A stretch of 64,000 bases of DNA from Xylographa opegraphella (Eukaryota), in NCBI GenBank assembly GCA_022813865.1, contig JALDZX010000006.1, forward strand, positions 620,001-684,000, given 5' to 3'. Positions 21,902 to 35,093 of the stretch are shown here, in pieces. The notes under the pieces were generated by a model. It ran no database searches. It was not told the DNA's origin and saw only the letters and a program-made list of their open reading frames with translations. Position 1 is the stretch's first letter; the number at the start of each line of letters is the position of its first letter. Both the position numbers and the translations under genes were made by a program.

Positions 21902-24900
21902 TCAAGGGCTTGGAGTTCCCTCATCATACCGTGGCCCGTCGTCGTCGCCTCCCCACGCTGGTGTTTCCGGCTGGCCACTATAAGGTGTCGGTGCGCCTGC
22001 TGGCGTTGGAGCATCTTGGCCATACCCAGAAAATTTCGGAGTTGGCGCAGATGCGGCCGGTGTAGGAGCAAAGTATCCATTGGAAGGTGTGGCGGCGGCT
22101 GGAGTGGGAGCATCATGCGCACGTGCCCATGGGTCGGGATTGGAGTTGTAGGCGGGAGCATAAGCTGGTGTGCGGGAAGAGTCGGAGTTGTATGCGGGAG
22201 TCTTCGAGCCGGTGCCGAAAGCATCTGCGTTAGCTAACGCACTGTAGGATGTCCGACTACCGCTATCCCACGCAGGCGTTCTCTGTTCACTGTTAGCAGA
22301 AACTCTACATATTGGTGGGATAGACTTACTCCTCCTGCACCACCATAGGCTGTTTGGTTGCCTCCGCCGTACGCCGTGCGTCCACCATCTGCATTCCAGG
22401 CAGGTGTGCGACCACCAGCAGTCACTTGTCCATCTGCCCGCCATACTGGAGTCCTCGCGGACGAAGCACCCCCAGACCAGGCGGGAGTTCTTGAGTTGCC
22501 AGCACTCCAGGCCGGTGTCCGCCCACCAAACCCTCCTGGACCCGCTGGAGTTCTGCTTCCACTTTGCCAATCTGTCGTTCTCGCCTGAGTTGCACCGGAG
22601 AACCCACCACGTGCACCAGAATCTCTGCCTCTGGATCCAGAAAAGCTGTGGAAATCAATAGTATTGCCAGTTATGGAATCTTTAAACCCCAAGATCTCTT
22701 TCGCGACCGTGACTGTCTTGGCTTTCGTGTGCAGCTCGACCCTCGCTTCAAGATCGGTCGTATCCTTTACGATACCAAGAAGCCCTTTATACGGGCCTTT
22801 GCGAATCGAGACAGTCTGACCAAGCGCACGATCTCTACCAAAGGACTTCGGAGGAGCCATGGCCCCATTACCATTAACTCCATTTCTCTGAAGTGCAGGA
22901 TTCATCCTAGATAAATCTGGACCCGTAGTTCCCGCTTGCGCTACTCTTCCACCCTTCGCAGCAACAGTAGCCACATTCGTAGCACGGACAACAAATATGC
23001 CAGAATTTTCCGTCTGCTCTCGGTTATGACAGAAGAGGAAAGACCGATGGATGTGGAGAATGACGCCTTGTTTCTGCTCTCCACCGATCTCGCGCACAGT
23101 ATCGTCATGCCTTATCTCCGATCCATTGCGATCAGTGGCAACAGCATGCCGCCGCTTTTCAATTTTGTTCGAGATCTGAGATGGCATCCGGGCTATAACC
23201 GAGCCATTCTGGTCGAGTAAGCGGAGTGATTCACGGTCGACTTTGATAACACAGCCCACGGTGGCGGGACTGTGCGATAGATTAGGAAGATGCTAACAAC
23301 TTTGAAATGTCCAAAACTTACTCAAGCTGAACCAGATCATGTATGTCGTATCGACCTAGACCACCAGCAGCCCCTGAATCGCTTGCCTCTCTTAGATCTT
23401 TACTGAAAACCGTTATCTCTCGCATGGTCATATCGCTCAGGATAGTAACCAAGTCATCTTTAATTCGAACGACCATTCCGACTTCGTCCACATATCGACT
23501 TCCACCGATGACCTTGACATGGTCGCCGGCTCTAAAGCGCTTCCGAAGACCTTTCGAGGGAACTTCAATGCTCTGACCATGCAGCTCACCCTCGATGACG
23601 CTCAAAGTCACGATATCACCCCTCACTGAAATGGCTTTGCCACAGACACCTGACTGCTCGCCTTCATAGACTTCGACCATGTCGCCCGGAAGATAATTAT
23701 CGGAGCCAGAATTGTTCCGCAGACTGGCAGCAAGGGCTGTAAGATCGATGTTCTCAGTTCCATCTTCAGCGCCGGCTGTAAGCTTAGTTATTTCTTCTAG
23801 TTTGGGCACCACGTTGTCCGTCACTAAATGTTGAATCTTGAAGTCTTTGATCAAAAGGCCATTAACATAGTTATCTCCAAGGTATTGCCAGTTTTTCTTA
23901 TCGAAGGTAGACATCGACTGTAGGTATTTAGAGTGCTTCTTCTTTGCCTCGGTTTCACTGAAAAGCCTCTGTGGTGGCCTGGAAGCTGGATTGACCAATC
24001 CAGCTCCATTCTGTCGCTTTCGCTTCTGAGCGTCACCTTTCACACCATTATCTATCATTGGGGCATTCGCATCCTCATTGAGTCCATAGTCTAATCGGGG
24101 TACAATCCGAAGAGTCACTTCGAGTCCATTTGTCTCCACATCGTCGATCATTGCTAGATCGCCAGCATACTTGCCACGCTTGAGCCGCACATAACCACCA
24201 GGTTGGAGCTGCCGTGACTTTGTAACCCGAAGTAGATCCGGCATTTCCTTGATCGAAACGAGGACCATTTTCGTTCTCGGATATAGATTTAAGACATTCT
24301 CGAACGATGTCAATATGTCGGCTTGCTTGCGTGCTTCCACGTAGATGTAGCCCATCATGGTACCACCCCTTTCGAACGCAGATATAATCGGCAGTGGATT
24401 CTTGGTGAACATTCTTTCCTCAATTCGCTTCATGATAGAGAACACAACCTCCCGTTCTTTCCCAGGTTTACATCTCACACCCCAGATGCTGGGATCGTCG
24501 ACACTAGGAAGTAGAAGCCGCTTTGGGACCACGACAGCATCTGTTGTAGTTGTTCGCGAGCGTCCGTACCGCTCTTTTAGGAGTTGTGCTTGCTTCTCGG
24601 CATCCATTTGCTGTTCACGCTCTCGCTTTCTGTCCAACTCTCGATGACCTCGGTCATCCGTTTCTGCCCCCGCTGGTAAATCTGCCTCATCATCTGGATG
24701 TGTTTCTGCAATGAACCCAGCCGCTTCTGCTTCCTCATCATCGTCGTCTGCTTCATCCTCATCATCTACTTCGGCTTCGAACTCGATGAATTGGTTTCGG
24801 ACATCTCGACGAGTGCGCTTCCGCGGCCGACCCTAAGAACTATTAATCCAGACCCCGGATCAGATCTCATGATTTAGCCAGATTTACCTTGACAGCATCC

Positions 24901-25259
24901 TCCTCGTCTTCGTCGTCCTCATCCTCGTCATCGTCATCTAATCCATTGGTATTTTGATTGTGCCCGTTGGCATCTGCTTCCTCGTCTTCGTCATCTTCAA
25001 GCTCCTCTTCAGCTCGCCGAGTGCCCACTCCTCTCGTTTGCTCTATCGAACCTTCGGCTCCAGCTCTGCCACCATCTTCTTCTTCGACATCTTGATTTAT
25101 GTTTTTGTGTGACGAGTTAGCACCATTCGATTTGGATCGGTCCGCCACTTCATTGTCACTTTCACCCAGATCTTCATCATCTGAGCCGACGGCTGGTGCC
25201 GGATTGAAACTTTCACCCTCTGACTCAGACCCAAAGTCGGTGTCGAGTAGGTTCGCCAT
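21902..25259 (-). CDS. spt5: Transcription elongation factor Spt5
   Basis: Acidic N-terminus, NGN domain ([20 protein letters not shown]), KOW motifs, C-terminal (G/S)RTPAW repeats and APTP repeats; three introns. Confidence 0.96.
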
Positions 25260-26256
25260 GGTCTAGGATCGGGGTCAAACAACGGTCAGGAGTGCAAACA
25301 ACAGTATGAAAACGCTGAAACGCTGAAACGCTTCCGTAACTCCTCATGGATTCGGGAGCTGTGACAGAGTACGGAGTAGCTGGACAGAAGATGGCGAGCT
25401 CATGTGTTAGAGTAGACACTTTGAACAATAGACGGTCTTTTCAGCTAACACGTGAAGTGGGTCGCAGTATTCGAATGGAATGAAGGCACCAGGCATTGTC
25501 AGAACACAGAAACACGCGGGCTTGTGAAGAGGGCGTACTAACCGCGTTCAGAAGCAAATAAGCCAAGAGATTCTTCGGGGTCCGCCATTTCACTTTTTCC
25601 GAACATGACTAAGCCTCGGTTCCGAAGCTTTAAGCCAACTTCGCACAAATCCGCCTTTTCCGACTTCGCGCCCGTCCAACTATGCGCAAACATAACACCA
25701 AACCCATCTATCTCTACGATGATGAAAGGTTCGCTTGGTTGGCGAGCTCTCCGGCCAGAGCGATGTTTGACAACACAAGGGATGTGTGTATCACCACGAT
25801 GGACGCCTGCATGCCTGACTGTCCCTTTCTGGTGGCTGACAGCTAGACACCGCTTTCCTGGGCCCAGGATGCAATGAATGTAATGCATCTTTCAGAGCAT
25901 CAGGGCATCGAAGCATGCTCGGCACAAACCCGCTATCAAGATCCATCATGTTTCAGTGTGTCATGTTTCTCGAGGCCCAAATGCGTGCTTGAGTTTGCGC
26001 CCCCTTGGCCGCGTAGATCTCCCAGAGGAAAGTTGTTGGCGATGCACAAACCCACTAATAACTTCCTGGGCGGTGCATCCGCCTGAACACAGCCATTTCT
26101 TACCTCACTCATAACCATAGCCGTTCCGATCAGATTTCCACTCTATCATTACTGCCAGCTGTCTACACGTATAACACAGTGTTTCTTTCTTTCGACAACC
26201 CTTTGTTCATCACAATCTTGTACGCATACCCTATTTGGCTTTGAAAGCTAAAGACC

Positions 26257-27006
26257 ATGTCTCCTCCATACGAGGCAGATGCTCTGCCGCACCCACACAC
26301 CAGACTCCCCGCTATCAATCGGTCCCCGTCTCCTAACTTTCTGGAATCGATGAAAGACCTTGTACCCACTCCATTACGCCAGAAGCGATCGCCATTCCTC
26401 AGATCTCGATCAAGCGAGCAAGCAAGCAGAACTCAGTTAATTCAAATGGTTAGTCCCAGAAGTGGATGGGATTACGATGGTCAGAGTCGATCACCGGACC
26501 GAATGCAATCTCGGTCCGTCAGTCCAATACCGGCGAGTAGATCTCCGCTTCCTGCGAGGGCTAGAAGTCCGCGACAGCGCTACCTTCATGTTCCACCAGA
26601 ATATTTGACAACAAGACAGACCCGGAGTCCGCCAGCGACTGCAATTAAAAAACTGAATCCACCCATTGCGGAGAGCAAGTTTCTGAGAACTAGGCCACAT
26701 GAACCCGTGCGAAGTCCTTCAGCTATGCGCAGCCAGAATAAACTGAACATCACCGCACCGTCGTCTCGCCATCCGAGGAAGTACGTTCCAAGCATGATAG
26801 ACTATCTTAGCCTAGAGCAATTGGAGGATATATGGGAATCACAAGATCTGTACCAAGGACCCGTCAACGTCCCTGTGAAGGCCGGAAGCCCCATGTGGCG
26901 GATTGATGAGGACGATCCTCGATCGCCTCTTCACCCTGAGGCAATCCACCCTGCTTTTCGGCCACATATGTCAATTCACAACAGCTACGCACGAGAGATC
27001 ATATGA
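26257..27006 (+). CDS. Hypothetical Ser/Pro/Arg-rich protein
   Basis: 249-aa intronless ORF with good start context (ACCATG), SP-rich disordered body and an ordered-looking C-terminal motif YVPSMIDYLSLEQLEDIWESQDLY. Confidence 0.65.
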   Translation: MSPPYEADALPHPHTRLPAINRSPSPNFLESMKDLVPTPLRQKRSPFLRSRSSEQASRTQLIQMVSPRSGWDYDGQSRSPDRMQSRSVSPIPASRSPLPARARSPRQRYLHVPPEYLTTRQTRSPPATAIKKLNPPIAESKFLRTRPHEPVRSPSAMRSQNKLNITAPSSRHPRKYVPSMIDYLSLEQLEDIWESQDLYQGPVNVPVKAGSPMWRIDEDDPRSPLHPEAIHPAFRPHMSIHNSYAREII

Positions 27007-28495
27007 GTCCGTCCTTCTACTATACATTATTCTGGACACAAGCTCGGAAGGCTGAGATTATGATGCTTGAAGATTTTATTGAGATTTACAACGTTGCTGT
27101 TTTCTACTTTGAGCGATTTTGCAAGGCGAATGGCGTTTGACAAACAGAAGTAGCCCTCGAGTTTGGTCATGGGTTTGTGGTAACACACCAGTCCAGGTTA
27201 CTGAATACCGGTTACTCATGTATATTGAAGACAATCAACATTCACATAATTGAAGCATCAACAGCCTAAGCTAGACGAGCGACCCGCTTCCTGGATGTAG
27301 CTAGCACTCGTGATATCTTCGCATCGCCCCGGCCTTGATGAACTGTATCTGCTCCCACCTCGCAGCCTCCCACATCTGTTCTGTTGGATCCTTCAGCCAC
27401 TGCGATAGATCTCACAATTCGCCTCCCACGTCATTTAGGACATCCAGCAAGATGCGTAAGCGTCGACAAGCAATCCTCCCGCACCGTGTGACACATGTAA
27501 GCGGTCCAATGTTGAAAGCCGGCCCCAAGAAGCCGGCAAACTGGGCCGCCACACTGTATCAAGTCACCCGAGTCACCTGATTCTTACACACTCCCACATA
27601 AATAATGAGGCTGAAAATTAGCAGGTTGTTTTAACCCTATAGTTTAAACAAAGCAGTCAAGGCTTTTTTGGTGTAGTTGCGACAAGCCACCGAGCAAGGC
27701 TCCGCATTTGATGACGCCCGGACAGAGCAAGGGTTGATGGGTGTCTAATCATGCAGCCCGTTTCATATCCAATCCCTTAATTTGACCTTGACAAGCAACT
27801 ACCGAATACGGTCCCCTCCATTACCCAAGTAGTGTTACTCCAAAATCCCGCTTGACACTGGGGCAGTCTTCTTCTTGCATCGACTTCGTCCGCATCGGAT
27901 GCATCTCGTCCTCGTTAGTCATGATGCTCCGTGCAATGTCGTGTCCAGCTGCGCGCTGCGGTTCAGTGCATTCATGCATTCTAGCCTCCTTCCAGACAGT
28001 GCTTCTGGGTGATCTTCATGGACATTTAATACAATGTTACCTTCTGCTTTAAGCAGCGAAGTACCCAAACCCTCAGTCCAGAAGATCACTGCCATTTTGA
28101 AGTTGCCGCACATCTAGTGACCAGCCCGAAGATTTGATGCATCAGGTACTCAGTCAGTGCAGGAAAATATGTCTACCATGCGTACGGAACAAGCATTTGT
28201 GCTCTACATAGATAAAACTATTTATCTATTAATGAAAGAGCCAGGCTCTGATACAGATAAGCTCGTATTTCTCATGCGTTCCGTCTAATAAAATATAGCT
28301 GAGATCCAGGTTCATTGGATCAACAAATACGACCTCCTTCCTCTCACTGGATGTCACATTGTCACATGCGGCTCTTCTGCGCTGTTCCGGGAGTTTCAAT
28401 TATCTCCACGTGACGTACACAGCCGCCTTTATCAATCTAGGCGCCGCAAAAGGCACGATTATGCTTCGCATCAAGCTATTGCAGAACTCTGCTCC

Positions 28496-29991
28496 TCACC
28501 GCGCAGCTTGTGGTGACGTCAAGTCGTTTGGCGTAGCAGGGACTGTGTAGCTCAATGAACAGCGGTGGGCAATGGAGAGATGTGACCTATCCTTCGGAAC
28601 CATATAGAGCCTCTGCAATGGATCTTCATTAAGGGCACTTTTATTGCAGATATCGGGGAAAGGAAGCCACAATTTTAAGGGCCTTCGGAAGGGTGCTTTT
28701 TTGCTCGGGTTCGCGCAGCCGGATGCAATAGTGATGCCTATGTGGCAATACGTAGCCGTCACCTTCATATGAGCACAGATAAGGTCGTGTATATCACGCT
28801 CATTCATAACCAGAATGTATCTCCGGTCTTCCTCTACTGTCTCCGCTTCCAGAATCCGGAATGGCACCTCGCCCAGTCCAATTGGGCTTTCCACTTCACC
28901 AGGAGCCCACGGCACTTCCACCTCGAACACGTTGGCCTGCTTCACGGCTTTCAACGGCTCCAGAAATCTTGTTTGTGAGGTTCGACCCCTCAACCGCCAG
29001 AATTTCAAACGATGTGAACGTAAGATACGGAGGCCATCCATGCTTGCGATGATCCGCCAGGTCTCGTTCCATGTGACTTCATCGTATAGGGCGAGCTGCT
29101 GGTTGTTGCCCTCAGATCGATACAAGGCAGAGGGGAAGCACTGGTAGATATGCAACGAAGTGATGAGATTCAGACATTGTGGTAGGACGATATTGTACAG
29201 GTGAACGATGCTATCCGCCTGCCTCGTATAGAAGTTGTTTTGAATGTACAGATTGTTGATGGCTTTCATATAGCTAAGCTGACGTTAGCAATGCTACTCT
29301 GATGCTAAACGATGGAAGGCTAAATCGCATACACCTTTCGGCACGTCTTGGTTAGTGACGTGAAGACTCTACTCGGCTGCTGCCGACTATCACTCCGGTG
29401 GTCACCGACGAGATTTTTCGGCACATCTTCAGAGACTTCATCCCAGTACTGGTATTCCATACACTCTTATCTCCAGAAAAGCTTTACATCGAGCTGCTTG
29501 ACCTCTTGCTGCGTCGACTTTATATGCCCAATTCTCTGACCAAAGTGAGTTGTATGAAAATTCTTCCCGCCTAGTACCTCACGATAAACCATCCCTCGGA
29601 TTTCCCCGGGTAGCTGAAGGAGGCTTGAATGGACTTGATCCAGTGTCTGTTGATCAGTCCTGCGTGCGGCTGAGGAGGTAGGAGACCATTCGCGTAATGC
29701 AGGCCTTCACGGCGGGTTACTGGGTAGTTAGTACTTGCTGTATACTTTTAGTCCCGGGCCCTTACTGGGCTCTCGAGATACTGAGCCTGACTTCGGCATG
29801 CATGGCTCACGGCTGCCGAAGCCCCATGCATGATCGTAAATAAATGGGGGTTCAGTAATCATAGAATAAGCGCTGTAGTAGAGAGCCTCAATCGTGCCTA
29901 CTACTGCTCCCAAAGTTTCATGAATCAACGGAAGACGAAACGCAAGTTGGGATAAGCATGCCGCAATATTTGTTGGTTCCGACGTGGCCAT
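28496..29991 (-). pseudogene. Probable pseudogene of an F-box-like/DUF7730-type fungal protein
   Basis: SSLLQLPGEIRGMVYREVLGG and SLTKTCRKV|YMKAINNLYIQNNF motifs; in-frame TAA at 29469..29467 and TGA at 29709..29707 interrupt the middle exon. Confidence 0.6.
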
Positions 29992-30515
29992 TTGCAAACA
30001 GACCTGCGGGCCCTAGGCAGTATTTGCCACCACCATTGTGAACAGGGGAGGGTAATATTCAGACTATAGAGCATTTTCGAACAATATAGCTCTCGGTAGG
30101 ATACTTGAACAGGAATAGTGACGGAGTGCAGCAGATTAACAACAACAAAATGGGCGTCAGCCGCAAATACTTGATGACTAAAAGACGTGAATGACACACA
30201 ATACAAGAGAAGAATATGCTGATACAACTGAGTCCACGACTCGAGCCATGTGTTTCTTGAAATTGCTACAAGGCACCACGAGACAGTTTGCGGCTGAAGC
30301 TGGCGTACAGCCTCATGGGTGCCCAGCTTACTGGGCCAGAGCTCAGACTCGGATAGGCAATGGTGCAATCCATGGGCTGGATGAGCAAGCATCAAGATTT
30401 CGCTCGCCGAGATGCTTCATGGTGTCGCCATGTACGGTTGGAGAGAGTGCTCCATCGCCGACCATGGCCGTGGTCTTGATCGGGTGCACCTGCTATGCGC
30501 TTGTTGTGCCGGTGC

Positions 30516-30549
30516 GTAAGGTACGGTAAGGTAAGGTAAGGTAAGGTAG
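30516..30549. repeat. (GTAAG)n pentamer tandem repeat in a divergent promoter
   Basis: GTAAG GTACG GTAAG GTAAG GTAAG GTAAG GTAG read directly. Confidence 0.8.
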
Positions 30550-31026
30550 TCGGTATATCTGAGGGCCTACGCTACGACGTATCCAATCGCTGAGAGTAGT
30601 TAGCGTCGGTCGTCGGCGGTCGCATCCGGTCCGATAGCTACTGTGGTAGAAGTAGCCGTGGCTCGGCAGCTTTGGAAAGGATTTGCGTCGGAAAGGTGTT
30701 CATTTGTCCAGCCGTTGAAGCGTCCCACAAGGTTTTAGTCGACATGAATCATGAATAATAATGATGCATGATACCATCTGTCAGCGGTGTGTGTGATGGT
30801 CCGAGGGGCCTAACTCGGCACCTCACAGTACCTTCACATTATACCTTAGCAGGAGCACAATTCTGGTTGCTGCTGGTGGCATGAAACACTGTTGTTTGCC
30901 ACACACCTAATTCTCCTATCTAATCTCACATCTTTAACTCATGACATCCTCTGCGTCATTTCCTTTCGCGGTACATCTTGCTGATCGATTGCCTACATCC
31001 CTCGCGTCTCATTGCTTTCGTACTCG

Positions 31027-32287
31027 ATGTGTGCAGTCAACGTTTTCATCACAGGCGGAACTGGGTTTGTGGGGTCTGCGATTGTGAATGCGCTGCAAGA
31101 AAAGCATCCCGATTGGGATCTGACTGTCTTCGATGTGACGCTTCCTTCCGACGAGAGACTGAACGTCCGGTATTGTATGGGTGACGTTACCAGTACGGCG
31201 GATGTGAGGAGGGCGATGGAGATGGCGAAGCCTAAAATAGTCATACATACCGCAGGCATAGTACCGCAGCTTGAATCGAGGTATGACCGACGTATCAAGG
31301 AGCGAGTGTTCGACGTCAATGTGGAAGGAACGCGGAAGATGCTTGCTGCCGCAAAGGAGTTTGGTGCGGAAGCATTCGTATGGACGTCAAGCTGCTGTTG
31401 CGTGACCGATGACATGCGGTCAGTGGTAATGGTCGTTTCGAAAGCAAGACTATAGCTGATATTCGACCATGGAACTTAGATTTGCATATCGGAATATAGA
31501 CGAGACGTATCCCACGTCTTCGCAGTCTCTCGTCTACGGCGAGTCCAAGGTGATCATACTCTCTGAAAGTCATCATCGCCCTATTGACTTTGTCCTCAGG
31601 CAACAGCGGAGGCTTTGGTACTGGCAGCTTCGGATGAGCAGCTGGCGACATGCGCTATCCGTCCTTCCGTCCTATTAGGTCCTGGTGACTACGTCCTAAT
31701 CCCATCTATACATGCCTGTATAGCGAAGAAGGAGACTCCTTTCGTGATCGGCGATGGCCTCAATCTGTGGGATGTAACCTATGTCGGCAACATCGCAGAC
31801 GCTCATGTTCTCGCCGCCGAGAATTTGATCTCCTCCAAGACTGCTGCTAGCGAAGCATTCTTTGTTTCTAACAACGAGCCAATCGCATTCCGCGACCTAT
31901 GTCTAGCGGTTTGGGCTCAATTTGGGCACTATCCACCATTCGAGATGCATGTTCCGGCCGGGCTGGCGGTATTTACAGGCTATGTTTGGGAATGGGTGAC
32001 CTGGTTGACAGGAGCTCCACTCACGCTCAGTAGTGGCAGCGTGAAGGATGCGTGCGGTACCAGATACATTAGTGGGAAGAAGGCGGCACGTATACTAGGA
32101 TACACTCCAAGAGTCGGTATAGAAGAAGCCATCAGGACGAGTTGCAAAGTAAGTTTCCTGATCATTCGCCTAGGGGCTAAAATTGAGCTCTACTGAACGT
32201 AACAAGGCGTATGCCGCGAAACTCAAGGGCGATGCCATCGAAAAGTCTCTAGATGGCAATGTCGATGCTATGAACGGCAGTTTGTAA
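31027..32287 (+). CDS. 3-beta-hydroxysteroid dehydrogenase / ERG26-like extended SDR
   Basis: ITGGTGFVG, HTAG, VNVEGT, YGESK (YxxxK), CAIRPS..LGPGD, DVTYVGNIADAHVLAA; three introns; exact start codon uncertain. Confidence 0.85.
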
Positions 32288-34421
32288 CCACATCACAATC
32301 TAGACAGCATCACCCGTGCGCAGGTCTGGGTTCGTCCGGTACGAACGTGGTATGAGTGGAGGCTTATCGTGTGGCATTTCGTGACAACAAGACATGGCTC
32401 GAACAGTCGGCCCCAGCATAAATCAGGGCTACTCGGTAGGTACAGCGCTCGATTCTTGGACGACCTCAACCAGGTGTTTAGAGGATTATTTCTGGAAAGT
32501 GTGAGTCAAGCATGGGTATCCGGGATATGCACCTTCTGGAGGACAATTTGTCTACCTCCGTAAATTTTTATGTCTACATAATGTATAATCTGCAAGTTTA
32601 TCATTGGTCGCCTTCTGTACCAATCAAGTGCCCAAACCTCCTTACTCATAGTAGAGAGCGTGGCAACCAGACAGCCAAGATACACGCTCCCTGCAATAAT
32701 GCTACCATGCGCCGCAGAATACGGAGTATGAAGGTACGCAAACCCAAACGCCGACATTCTGCGACCCCCGCCACCAGGCCACTTCCACGAGGCCGCATCA
32801 GTTTGCGATCATGTGACACGCACCGTCAATCCTGCAGCCGTATGCTCCCTCCCGTCCGTCCATATCTCCCATCGCCACCTTTAATATCACAAAAACCGAA
32901 CGCCTCAAATCCTGGTTAGGACCAACCTACCCCGCGCGCTCCCTTTCATACCTTCTACCCACACCCAGCCGCCCAGCCGCCCACGGAGCTCAGCTCCTCC
33001 CACCCAATCACTTCCCTCCCGTCGCCCCAGAGCAACGCATATCGCCTTCTTTTCCCACCCCACCAACCCAGCCCCGCAAGCGATTGGATAACCAGCCAAA
33101 CCGCCATCACCACGGGCCGAGTTGATGGCGACACCTGCCCTTCAGTCGGGAAAGGGGGCTAAATTAGCTAAAATAGACTTCCCAGCTTCGAAAGCCGGCC
33201 TTGGTGTCCAATCAGCGCGAGCGCTAGGGGGGGAGGGAAGCAAGGCGGCGGTGGGGGGGGAGGGTTGGCAGCGGACAAACGTGACCGTGGGAGGGGGGAG
33301 CAAGTGAGAACAAATTGCGTACTCGTCAGGAAGGTTGTTCAACGAAGTGTGTGCTCGCGGCGCTGGCAGCCCTTTGTCTCAATCGACGTTGCCTACTCAC
33401 TCGCTTTGCTATCTAAACCATCGGCTCTGATCCTCCGTTCGCCCCCATCATCGATCTCCATCAGACTTCCCACCGAAGAACTATTACACAGTGCATCCTT
33501 CTTCTTCCCAAGCCCTCTTCCCCTTGTCGCTCCTCGGCGCTTACTAGCCGGCCATGCTCAAATTAGCAACATCCATTTCGAAGGCGTGATTGGCCACCGG
33601 GGAAGCTGCAGAAACGGTGGCGTGGGCGCTTAGGCAGTGTTCCAAGTAGTCGGGCCACGGGCAAGGGAGGCTGCTTTAAAGGCAGCGCGGAAGCAGTGAT
33701 TGGACGCCAGGGGGGTGTAGTCACTGAAGTGGGCCACGCAAGGGGCCTTGTTTACGTTTCTTGGGGTTGACTTGGTAAGGACGCGTTGTCGCTGGCGGTC
33801 GTGCCAAGTACGCTGGTGCAGTGACTAGAGGAGTGTGACAGCGGGGACGGACGAGGGACGAAGCGGGCAGCTTTGGGAGGTTTGGTTCGTGACGCGGGTG
33901 ACGAACGATAATTGATGGCAATAGTTTGGGAAATGGTAGGCTTTCATGCAACACTGTAGTAATGCCACTTCAACCCACTCGGAATGTGGTATCTCGAAGG
34001 CTAGGACGTACGCCAACGGGAAACAAAAATAAAGACAAGTCGATGACTTGCTGGCCTGTTGCCCCCTTCAACCCACGTAGTCCTTCGAATTTCGGTCCCT
34101 AAACACCAAGACGCCTGTGGGATCAAAAAAAATAGATACTCGTAGAGTGTTTCCTTCCAGCTTGCGAACCTGACGCCTGCTTGTTCTACCCAGTAGAAAT
34201 TATCATAACGTCATTACGTCTGCTTATGTCGCATACATACATCGCTCGTCCAGAGCAAAGCGAAGATAGTGGAGGAGTGGCGGGAAGATACGGAGGATGT
34301 TGTGGTGTGATCAAGGATGGTGAGAGTGGTCATGGTATTTGCAGATGGATATGGTGTCGTGAATTGGAACTTGTGGAGTCGAAATTGCCGAGGATGATAT
34401 GAAGCAGAGCCCCAGATCTGA

Positions 34422-35093
34422 TCATTCCAGCTTTCTCCGCTTCCCTTTGGGGGCAGGATCGAGAGGAGTGCGAGTATATGTGACGGTCCGGGTGACAACC
34501 TGTTTGACGCTTACCGGACGGTGTACACCGGCCGAGCGAGGTGCGCCATAATACCGTGTCTTGCCATCGAGAACCCAGTCGGCTGGAGAGAAGGGAGATC
34601 GAATCAGGCTACTCTTGGGGGAGTCGGTCGCTGGAGAATAAACTGGTGACTGTGGTATCCGTAGTCTTCGGAGCGAAGTCGGAGTCCGGGCTGAGGGAGT
34701 GCGGGATAGACTCGGCCTGACGAACGGCGACGGCGGAATGAGTGGCGCGGAAGTCGCTGAAGTCTTCCTTGCATCACACTTGCAGGAGCATGCGCTGCCG
34801 GCACTGGAAGGCTGTGAGATTGGTGTCAGGTGGCCGGTCTTATCGGAGAAGCTGGTATTGGTGCTGTTCGCGGTAGATGGACTCGAGATCGCTGGTGACA
34901 GTGCTTTGAGGAAATCCGTGTAGGCGGTCGGCGGCGTGATGGGTGTCCGCAAGTCTTCCTCTTCTTGCTTGATGAAGTCGGCCCAGCCTGGAAGAGGGCT
35001 TCGGGGTAGTTCGGAGGGAAGGACCGGACCGGCAGAGCAAGGCGTCTTGAGAGTCGGCAAGACAGGCTTCACGGTGGGCGATGCTGAAGGCAT
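34422..35093 (-). CDS. Hypothetical S/T-P-rich protein with C-terminal NLS-like tail
   Basis: Strong start context CCGCCATG, motifs TPITPPTAYTDFLKAL and VKQVVTRTVTY..PLDPAPKGKRRK; 5-prime UTR intron 35251..35168 (GTACGT...GCTGAT...CAG). Confidence 0.75.
   Translation of the reverse strand: MPSASPTVKPVLPTLKTPCSAGPVLPSELPRSPLPGWADFIKQEEEDLRTPITPPTAYTDFLKALSPAISSPSTANSTNTSFSDKTGHLTPISQPSSAGSACSCKCDARKTSATSAPLIPPSPFVRPSLSRTPSARTPTSLRRLRIPQSPVYSPATDSPKSSLIRSPFSPADWVLDGKTRYYGAPRSAGVHRPVSVKQVVTRTVTYTRTPLDPAPKGKRRKLE

Noticed and set aside
27631..27640. TAACCCTA as a telomerase RNA template (also 20362)
   Set aside because: 8-9 nt matches are expected by chance; no pseudoknot or other TER elements visible.
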